49,108 bases of DNA from NCBI GenBank assembly GCA_024683495.1, contig JAIKYF010000056.1:1-49108 (forward strand), read 5' to 3'. This DNA is from Bacilli bacterium. GTDB lineage: Bacteria > Bacillota_I > Bacilli_A > RFN20 > CAG-826. The position numbers and the translations under genes were made by a program. The notes beneath the pieces were generated by a model. That model was not told where the DNA came from, did not search any database, and worked only from the letters and a program-made list of their open reading frames with translations. Positions 20,201 through 26,553 of the stretch are shown here, one piece after another; positions within the stretch are counted from its first letter, which is position 1; the number at the start of each line of letters is the position of its first letter.

Positions 20201-20337
20201 AAGGCAACTTGGCCATATGAGCCATTGCTGGAGGCGTATTTCACATAAACCGATAAAGTGGTGGTAATCGCGATCGCCCCGGCCGATATGGCGACCAACG
20301 CGGCTTCTATCCAGAGGAATGCTTTCAATTTCTTCAT
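17248..20337 (-). CDS. large secreted or N-terminally anchored surface protein, possible beta-helix (operon gene 3)
   Basis: 1029 aa with one N-terminal TM/signal segment. GTEENPYVITRPRHMYNL and DAGLFGY..GSLVHDLFLSNVTI resemble the entry and a GLUG-like turn of beta-helical adhesins; this reading is weak. No LPXTG. Confidence 0.6.
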   Translation of the reverse strand: MKKLKAFLWIEAALVAISAGAIAITTTLSVYVKYASSNGSYGQVALRSYFETGAGTEENPYVITRPRHMYNLSRLQGLGVFGAKTYFQLGLEELNGADPSAGPLCYLNDSSMTTVPFLDMSTSTYTNNPINAIGSESLPFYGEFDGQSLEIKNLNVYADPEDAGLFGYTAHGSLVHDLFLSNVTINTLGYTDDYVGLYGPSSTLANGVSYTYDPDTSVSDNEITFSKSVDNYGYMIFNAVSTENFTYDGEATIPQVTYSYPNNDGYKYKTLISGNLISESNGVITPNTDNIFSLFGDKRDLEGVEFPLQSSTSVSLIASVTDSHGLEHTKVLLTLSFLFTLESINSTAISMETTLGLGHSNNIGLVIGHCDGSLHDCYVYKGSFKMNDGENITGLADTYNALENASSLGLIGLTGNTVNNLAALEADAATKTGKDIGVLDFTTVYNDVINSSSFSNSESLNNGSAISYTPISTSKYLEYLRYRYIESGGSQVKQYVTKEEDTVSFRGNKVISNKDLGVFTIATDSSGNHVEADVYSAIDKSLVSTEDVTAKDVDDNDRYYLYYATGEYDANSGIAFSKYRDSFNSDSPSDFYLGHHLPSYDEISSDVFAYREWRQNYFFRFPLDAQRAAKSFYFSDVDTSTPGGSFLSNYFYYKLIDQNGDPIPKNNAKSGVMLRNVYGKEITSLSASFATPNLSHYGDQSRTYMYCVESEEHNNPAANMVNFEIKTAYANVTVVAGLVDTSKPAALGVYKIDDDSLYKGTAPARYIDKDFESPDYAFFMPTDDHLAYFDYKTTYYGSLSTGHVGVYNNDGSTFTEITSSNNTIDATMPKTYSYGSEYGYTSGKTRLFAHTFKLPQGRYCLGSATGPGNGASGSLGIAKIFYVCAQGQNDGQLEFIDNTYASNDVVRNVDFTKQERFTYDSGTGTTTTNITLGDASTYDADDPRLDNQRCYVMLTNSDRSLFAADTSDISFKYEDNIFKITTTDLSKMTHISVNNYGRTHSETLPGLVNTSISLFGAASSTDDVITYTY

Positions 20338-20348
20338 ATCTTCATTCC

Positions 20349-21812
20349 TCAGCTTTCTAACACCTGCGTGCCAGTGAAATATAAACCGAAATCACGATCG
20401 ATCATGTAAGTTTTTCCCAATCGGCCGGCGTGGAGGAAATAATTCGCATGGGTGTGATCGTAATCAATCGCGACATAGCAATGATAGACTCTGGTGTCAT
20501 TTAAGGGATTATAGGTTGATAAATCCGCGGTCATCGGCGGGATGATCAAAGAATCGCCATCTTCTTTGGTCCTCAGATTGCAGGTTGTGGTATAGCCTTC
20601 TCCGCTGAATTTATCGAAATAGGCGACGCTTTCGTCATCGACGGCGTTGGTTTTCTTATGGAGGGCCGTCCAAGCGGCCGAAGCGCTGTCAAATGGCGTG
20701 GCGGTGAATAAGGAATGATAGGCGTAGAAATCAGATGCTCTTAATGCGTTTCTATGAGCCTCATCGACATAGCCGGTGAGATTGGCGGTGCCGTCATTAT
20801 AATCGACGCCAGCGGTGTTGTATAAGCGCATGATGTTTAGTCCGGCGCGGATTTCGCTGACGTTTTTATAAGCGAGCTCAACATCGAGGATGACCATGGT
20901 GTTCTGAGATTGGACCGCGGTTGGGACGTAATCGACGATGGTGGGATATAAGGTTTTATCGGCTTGGCCATAATATTCGAGGTTGATCATGGTCGGGTCG
21001 AGAATATTACTGCCGATGATAGCTTCGTCATTTCTGCTATAGAGGTTGATTTCAATCCTATCGCTATAATAGCTGATCGTGTAAATGCCGGTCTTTAGGC
21101 ACTTTATCGTATTATTCTCGGTGATTTCGAAACGGCTGGTCTCAGAATCCAAAGAAGAATAGGTAAGGTAATTCGCGTGGGAACTGTCAGTGATTTTGTT
21201 GGTATCGAATAAGGAAAATTCCGCGCCGACGGGGATGACGACGTTGCTGACTGAGGAGCAAACTGTGGTGCTGACGGCATTGGTGTTAGACATGGCGATG
21301 GCATGGTCGCAAGACCAGACCGTCGAAGCGTCTTCGCCAGTGAAAACGGCATCGCCGATCAAATAATATTTGAAGGTCTCTTCGGCGCTATAGACGATAT
21401 TGTTCACTGTCCCGGTGCCGGAGGATTGATAGGTGTGGGAGACCTCTTCCCCAAGAGTGATGACCACATTATCGGTGGAGGTATTCCTATCAGAATAGTT
21501 GGCGTCTTCGGTCACGATCTTCTTAACGACCCCAGCCCCATCGTAATTGATGAATTCCGTGGTGTTCTTGTAATAGGGGTAGACATATTTAAGAGCTGAG
21601 ACTTTCTTGACAAAAACGTTCAAATCGCCGGCGACGGCGTTGATCTTCGGGCTCTTGGTGGTCACGGTGATCCAAGCGAAGGTGGCAAAACCGGCGGTGG
21701 AGATGGCTCCAACCGCGACAATGGACAAAATGGCGATCTTCTTCATGCCGCCCTTGCCTTCTTTACTCTCACGCTTAACGACGCGCTTCAACGTTTCAAA
21801 GAATCTGCCCAT
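20349..21812 (-). CDS. secreted protein with TasA/camelysin-type (SipW-cognate-like) signal peptide (operon gene 2)
   Basis: Likely start is ATG 21812 (MGRFFETLK...), with GGAG 9 nt upstream; the track starts at TTG 21827. Basic N-terminus, then a TM helix, then GFATFAWITVTTKSPKINAVAGDLNV. This parallels the GT(F/Y)A(Y/W)F..T....N.f.aGtLdl motif of TasA-family signal peptides. Confidence 0.6.
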   Translation of the reverse strand: MGRFFETLKRVVKRESKEGKGGMKKIAILSIVAVGAISTAGFATFAWITVTTKSPKINAVAGDLNVFVKKVSALKYVYPYYKNTTEFINYDGAGVVKKIVTEDANYSDRNTSTDNVVITLGEEVSHTYQSSGTGTVNNIVYSAEETFKYYLIGDAVFTGEDASTVWSCDHAIAMSNTNAVSTTVCSSVSNVVIPVGAEFSLFDTNKITDSSHANYLTYSSLDSETSRFEITENNTIKCLKTGIYTISYYSDRIEINLYSRNDEAIIGSNILDPTMINLEYYGQADKTLYPTIVDYVPTAVQSQNTMVILDVELAYKNVSEIRAGLNIMRLYNTAGVDYNDGTANLTGYVDEAHRNALRASDFYAYHSLFTATPFDSASAAWTALHKKTNAVDDESVAYFDKFSGEGYTTTCNLRTKEDGDSLIIPPMTADLSTYNPLNDTRVYHCYVAIDYDHTHANYFLHAGRLGKTYMIDRDFGLYFTGTQVLES

Positions 21813-21816
21813 CGTT

Positions 21817-22647
21817 TTATGCTCCAACCGTGAATGCCAGGCTGCTTAAGGAAAGGGTTTCATAGCAATTGCTATTGCCGGAGATATCTTTCTCATAGTA
21901 GCCGGTCGACTCGTTATATGTATAGAAAGTACCGCTATCGTTAGAGAATTCGATAGTGAGGAAAAGAACGCAGCGCTGCAAAGAAGGATTGAAAGAGGGG
22001 AAGCTATTGAAAATAGTTGCCGTTTGGGCAGGAACTGCCGGAGCGGTGGACGTAAAAGCATCGGTTAAGCCCTCTTGGATCCGATATGATTGATAAGCGG
22101 TGGCGATGTCGGTGAGGACATTCTCGGTGCTGGTGACGGCATAGGCATAGCCGTACATATTGATGGCCCACGATAATTTGACCGTTGTCGAAGAGTTGAT
22201 CTTAATATCTTCATCCGCGTTTTCCGACCAAGAATCCAAAGTGAACTTGGTGGGAGTGCCTTCGGTGATGACCATGGCATAAGTCAATTTATGGGCTGGC
22301 CAGAGTTGATCGATGGCTAATGGGTTGTCCGCTCCATCGACGGTCCCGCTTTCGTTGAGGGTGACCGCTTGGAAAGTGGCGGAAGCATAGGATTTCTCGT
22401 ATCCGGAATACTTGGAGACGTAGCTATTGTAATTGCCATCTTTAGTGGTTTCGTTGTCGGTGAATTTCCTGAGGTAGTAGAAATCGAATCCCACGCCATT
22501 GGCGCCGGCGAGTTCGATGGTATTGACGGTGACTCTGGAAGTGCGGGTGGTGGCGAACCAAGCGAAAGTGGCCATGCCTAAAGAAGCGAAGGTCACACTG
22601 GAACCTGCGATGAAGAAGAAAATTCTTTTTAACAGTTTCTTGTTCAT
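21817..22647 (-). CDS. secreted protein with TasA/camelysin-type (SipW-cognate-like) signal peptide (operon gene 1)
   Basis: 276 aa. The N-terminus MNKKLLKRIFFFIAGSSVTFASLGMATFAWFATTRTSRVTVNTIELAG matches the same motif. Its C-terminal beta-strand pattern resembles gene 2, so the two may be paralogues. Confidence 0.6.
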   Translation of the reverse strand: MNKKLLKRIFFFIAGSSVTFASLGMATFAWFATTRTSRVTVNTIELAGANGVGFDFYYLRKFTDNETTKDGNYNSYVSKYSGYEKSYASATFQAVTLNESGTVDGADNPLAIDQLWPAHKLTYAMVITEGTPTKFTLDSWSENADEDIKINSSTTVKLSWAINMYGYAYAVTSTENVLTDIATAYQSYRIQEGLTDAFTSTAPAVPAQTATIFNSFPSFNPSLQRCVLFLTIEFSNDSGTFYTYNESTGYYEKDISGNSNCYETLSLSSLAFTVGA

Positions 22648-22708
22648 AGCGTTCAGCTAAATAAAATAGCCCGTCCTCCTTACCAAGTTAACTTCCAGAA
22701 AGTCTATT

Positions 22709-22786
22709 CTGTTGGTAACTGGCTATCCGAGGCCCGGACCCTTTAGCTTTGCGTCACTCAGTTGCCCGAGTTTTGCTTTTCACACT
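22709..22786 (-). promoter_or_regulatory. c-di-GMP-I (GEMM-I)-like riboswitch aptamer
   Basis: Minus-strand RNA: GUGUGAAAAGCAAAACUCGGGCAACUGAGUGACGCAAAGCUAAAGGGUCCGGGCCUCGGAUAGCCAGUUACCAACAG. It has a GCAAA element, a hairpin ACUCGG-[GCAA]-CUGAGU with a GNRA loop, the hallmark ACGCAAAGC, and a second hairpin GCUA-AAGGG-UCCG[GGCCU]CGGA-UAGC. The 3' GCCAGUUACC resembles the Vc2-type GGGGUUACC. Confidence 0.75.
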
Positions 22787-22789
22787 GGT

Positions 22790-22795
22790 ATTATA
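22790..22795 (-). promoter_or_regulatory. -10 box TATAAT upstream of the riboswitch
   Basis: The minus strand reads GCGTATATAATACCAGTGTG, placing TATAAT about 4-10 nt upstream of the aptamer 5' end. No clear -35. Confidence 0.4.
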
Positions 22796-23100
22796 TACGC
22801 GTGTATGTGGGGAGGAAAGAGTTTTTTTCTTCTCGCCTCTCCCGCCTGACTTCTTTATCGCTGGTATATTTTTAAATAAAACGCCAAAGCAAAAGCCTAT
22901 ATAAAATAAATGTAAGGTTAATAAAGCGAGAAATATATCGATGAAATCTTGCCTTTTATTTAAATATAAAGGTAAATAATCGTGATGAGAATTAGCTCTA
23001 TACGATGAAAAACAACATGAAATCATATTCAAAAAACTTTAAACGAACGAAACAAATTTGTCCTAAATTGATGCGCTCTAGAATGGCGTATTTTAGCTTA

Positions 23101-24084
23101 TTAAATTGACAGATTGGTGGCCAATTGTCTCAAATTCTCATTTGATAAGAGTCTATCGATATCTTTAAGGGATTCGATGGTTTCTTTTTTATAATGGTCA
23201 TGAAGAGAATTGATTAATCGGTCTTCGAATTCTTTTCCCTTCCTTTTTTCGAATGTGGAAGTCAGTTCCTCATAGATCAAAATCAATAAGGCCCGACGGA
23301 GCATGATGAGGATGCTTTCCTCGATCCAATAAGCGAATTTAGTGTGAGGGAGATTCTTTTCCAAAGGCTTCATTTTTAGATAGAGCGGCAAGGCATCTAA
23401 AGGCTGGCGGTAGATATCGACAAAAGCAAAATCCGCGGCAAATCCCCCTTCTTTTAATAAATCGAAGGCGTCTTTCTCTATGATTTTGATTTTTTCTTTA
23501 TGAGGGAAATGGGGCAATAGATGCTCCTTGAATAGGCCAATGATCTCTTTTTCCTTTTCGATGATTATGACTTCTTTAACCTCGGGCTTATTGGAAATCA
23601 TGAATTGGTAATAACCCATCCCCAAGCCAAAGACCAAGACTACGCCTTTCGCCTCTCTGATGGGGTTTTCCATCGTATTGATCTCATGTGGGGTGACGCT
23701 CATCCAGATGAAATCACTTTCCATGAGGCAGGGGTAGGGGAATTCGTTCTCAAAATACCCTAAGTCCGTCACCTCTTTGTAGTTTTCTTCTTTTACGACT
23801 TTGAATTCATCCTTCAAGAAGACTTGTCTTGGGGCATAATATCTTTCGCAAAGCTGATATTTCCCCATCTTCCCTTTTATCTTATCACACAAAAGATAAT
23901 AGGGATTTGCGCGGAATTTTTCTTCTTTTAGAGGTGTTGCATATTCTTGGATGATCTCTAAAGGGAGCTCTTCTTCATAATGAATCAGCTCATTAAGATA
24001 GTCAGCGAAGCCGATATTGTCATCGAGCTGATTGATGTATCCTTCTAAAGCATCTAGGGTCTTTTTGTTACATTTGTTTTCCAT
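23101..24084 (-). CDS. spermidine-synthase-fold / class I SAM-dependent methyltransferase-like protein
   Basis: 327 aa. VVLVFGLGMGYY...VKEVIIIEKEKEII...IEKDAFDLL...FAFVDIY follows the aminopropyltransferase/MTase fold pattern. Confidence 0.4.
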   Translation of the reverse strand: MENKCNKKTLDALEGYINQLDDNIGFADYLNELIHYEEELPLEIIQEYATPLKEEKFRANPYYLLCDKIKGKMGKYQLCERYYAPRQVFLKDEFKVVKEENYKEVTDLGYFENEFPYPCLMESDFIWMSVTPHEINTMENPIREAKGVVLVFGLGMGYYQFMISNKPEVKEVIIIEKEKEIIGLFKEHLLPHFPHKEKIKIIEKDAFDLLKEGGFAADFAFVDIYRQPLDALPLYLKMKPLEKNLPHTKFAYWIEESILIMLRRALLILIYEELTSTFEKRKGKEFEDRLINSLHDHYKKETIESLKDIDRLLSNENLRQLATNLSI

Positions 24085-24146
24085 CTTGGATTAATTTTAT
24101 CTTTGAGATTTACTTAAGTAAACCTCATCGGTAAAATCATAACGTT

Positions 24147-24941
24147 ATGAATCGTTTGTTTGCCTTCGATATCGATGGGACCCTTCTACCTGACTATGAG
24201 GTCCCTCTCTCAGAGAATCTGGTCCGATCCCTTAATACCTTATTAAAAGAAGGCGACTTTATCTGTATCTCCACCGGCCGTCCTTATCTTGGGGCCGAAG
24301 GCATCCTCGATTCCTTAATCGACGGGAAGAAATACGTCCTAGGGGTCAATGGGTCCATCGTCTATGATAAAGAAGGCAAAGTCCTTATCACCAACACCTT
24401 CGATGATGAGTATTTCTATGAGCTTCTTCATCGTTTCGAGGATCGGGACGACATTTCGGTCTATTCCTATCATCCAGATGGGAGAATCACCTATTTTAAG
24501 ACTTCCATCGCCACCGAATTAGAGGTAAGAGTCAACCACGTCAAAGAGGAATACGCCCCCAAAACCTGCCAACATAATCAGATCCTCAAAATCATCGTCG
24601 CCGCATCTAAGGAAGTCGCCGCGACCATCAGTTTCCCCAAAAACGAGACCGATACCTATGAATTCACCAAATCCATCCCTGAATTCATCGAAATCATGAG
24701 AAAAGACGTCTCTAAGGGCAATGCCATCGAAGGATTAAGAAAGCAATTAGGCGTCAAAAAGGAGGACGTCTATTGCTTTGGCGATGGATTAAATGACGTC
24801 TCGATGTTTGAGCGATTCACCGGAATCGCCATGGGCAATGCCTCGAAAGAAGTCCAAAAGGCCGCTAAATACGTCACCACCCCCTGCGCGGAAGATGGGG
24901 TCTATTATGCCCTTAAGAATATTCTTAAAGTCGTCGATTAA
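24147..24941 (+). CDS. Cof-type HAD-IIB family hydrolase
   Basis: FAFDIDGTLL motif I; STGR; GDGLNDVSMF motif IV. Confidence 0.8.
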   Translation: MNRLFAFDIDGTLLPDYEVPLSENLVRSLNTLLKEGDFICISTGRPYLGAEGILDSLIDGKKYVLGVNGSIVYDKEGKVLITNTFDDEYFYELLHRFEDRDDISVYSYHPDGRITYFKTSIATELEVRVNHVKEEYAPKTCQHNQILKIIVAASKEVAATISFPKNETDTYEFTKSIPEFIEIMRKDVSKGNAIEGLRKQLGVKKEDVYCFGDGLNDVSMFERFTGIAMGNASKEVQKAAKYVTTPCAEDGVYYALKNILKVVD

Positions 24942-25047
24942 CTAAAAATAACTTAAATTTCCATCTCATTCCCAATAAACGAGTTTTCTCTATGCTTAAT
25001 TAGGTGAATCAAGAGATAAAAATCTCGATAGGCAAGGAGGAAAACTT

Positions 25048-26082
25048 ATGGGAAAAACGAAAATCATCATCCTCTCGCTGGCCGCCGTCTACGGATTGGC
25101 CTTAGGTGGTGGAGTCGTCTATAACCTTTTGGACACCCTATACATTGAGCATACCGTGACCACCAGCAAGGTCTATACGCCTTCGACCCCTTATGTCGAT
25201 AGCGAAGAGAATTCATCCACAGAAGAGCAAGAAGAGACTTCATCCGTCTCATCGACCTCTCAAACTAGTCAAAGCGAAGCGGAAGAATCTTCCTCCGAAA
25301 GCGCGTCTCAGGGTGGAGGAATCTTAGGCTCATCCAACAAAACCACCGTCAATTACGTGACGGATACCATCAAAAACGAAAATGGGGTCTCGACCACTTA
25401 TCATCTTTTGGATATCAAATTGAAGTCCATCACCGACTTACGGACCAACGTCGTCACCGATTCTAACGGGAACGCCGTCAGCGGCTCGAAATCTCTGAAG
25501 ACGACCTCCACTCAGGTCAATGAGAGAATCAACGCCGGAGAAAACGTCGTCGCGGCCATCAATGGCGATTCGGCTTTCTATTACGCCACAAATAAAGGCT
25601 ATGTCATCAGAAACGGCAACGTCTACCGCGACTCGACTAGAAGCGGAAACAAAGACTTCCGGATCAAATATGACGGGACGGTGGAATCCTACTATGAATC
25701 CGACACCGATATGCAGACTCTCGTCGATGAATATACCTATCAGAATTGGTGCTTCGGGCCGAGTTTGATCGAGGACTCTTGCATCGTTGTCGACTCTAGC
25801 TCAGAAGTCTCCAAATCCAAGGGATCCAACGAGAGAACCGCGATTGGATATCTAGAGAATAACCACTTCGTCTTCTTCGTCTCAGAGGGAAGACTCAAAA
25901 CTAACGATGGCCTCTCCTTATATGAAATGGCGACCATCCTTAAAAACTATGGCTGCACCTTCGCCTATAACTTCGATGGTGGCGGAACCTCGATCATGTG
26001 GTATGGCGGAGAAGTCATCAATGAGCGTGATGAATCAAGCGAAAGGAAAACAAGCGATATAGTTTATGTTGTTAGCGATTAA
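25048..26082 (+). CDS. phosphodiester glycosidase family protein (DUF2233/NAGPA-like), membrane-anchored
   Basis: N-terminal TM helix and a Ser/Glu-rich linker. C-terminal domain has ERTAIGY and NFDGGGTS motifs. SD AAGGAGG upstream. Confidence 0.65.
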   Translation: MGKTKIIILSLAAVYGLALGGGVVYNLLDTLYIEHTVTTSKVYTPSTPYVDSEENSSTEEQEETSSVSSTSQTSQSEAEESSSESASQGGGILGSSNKTTVNYVTDTIKNENGVSTTYHLLDIKLKSITDLRTNVVTDSNGNAVSGSKSLKTTSTQVNERINAGENVVAAINGDSAFYYATNKGYVIRNGNVYRDSTRSGNKDFRIKYDGTVESYYESDTDMQTLVDEYTYQNWCFGPSLIEDSCIVVDSSSEVSKSKGSNERTAIGYLENNHFVFFVSEGRLKTNDGLSLYEMATILKNYGCTFAYNFDGGGTSIMWYGGEVINERDESSERKTSDIVYVVSD

Positions 26083-26500
26083 TAAGAAAAGCTTCCGTTC
26101 CGCCTGCATCTGGTTAGGCGCTACCGCCTTCGCCTACCTAGTGAGGAACGTCTATTACCTCAACGCTCATAATCTGACATCCGTCTACTTCGATTATCTT
26201 TGCCTCATCCCAGGAATAGCCTTCGTCATCTATTTCGTCCTCATGGCCTTGAAGCTCGAGGCTGGGACCTTGGCCTCAGCCTTGATCGCCACAGGCTTCC
26301 CGACATTGACTTGCTATCTCCTCTTATCGGGCATCTATGATATGGCGGATACCTACCATAATCTAGTTCCCCTCTTCTTGGTGATAGGCATCATCGTCTC
26401 TTCCTTAGGATTAGTCGTCCTGACTATCAACATCATCCTCCAAGTGAAGAAAAAAGATGATCTCTTCTATAAGATCAACGGGATGCCAAAAGCAAAATAA
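26066..26500 (+). CDS. small polytopic membrane protein, unknown function
   Basis: 144 aa with about 4 TM helices. Overlaps the upstream gene by 17 nt. Confidence 0.55.
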   Translation: MLLAINKKSFRSACIWLGATAFAYLVRNVYYLNAHNLTSVYFDYLCLIPGIAFVIYFVLMALKLEAGTLASALIATGFPTLTCYLLLSGIYDMADTYHNLVPLFLVIGIIVSSLGLVVLTINIILQVKKKDDLFYKINGMPKAK

Positions 26501-26514
26501 GCGGGATTTGCCGC
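26501..26514 (+). other. stop-codon-abutting motif GCGGGATTTGCCGC (copy 1)
   Basis: Begins at the nucleotide after the TAA at 26498-26500. Can form a GCGG/CCGC mini-hairpin. The 17-mer TAAGCGGGATTTGCCGC is identical to the one after trxA. Confidence 0.6.
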
Positions 26515-26527
26515 TAAAAACGAGAAA

Positions 26528-26553
26528 GCCGAGGAGTTTATTCCTCGGCTTTT
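26528..26553 (+). terminator. Rho-independent terminator
   Basis: GCCGAGG-agtttatt-CCTCGGC followed by TTTT. The loop overlaps the stop of the convergent acyl-AMP ligase gene. Confidence 0.7.

Noticed and set aside
22754-23032. 92-aa minus-strand ORF upstream of the operon
   Set aside because: Its 3' end overlaps the riboswitch aptamer and promoter. The rest is AT-rich low-complexity spacer, and it has no SD.
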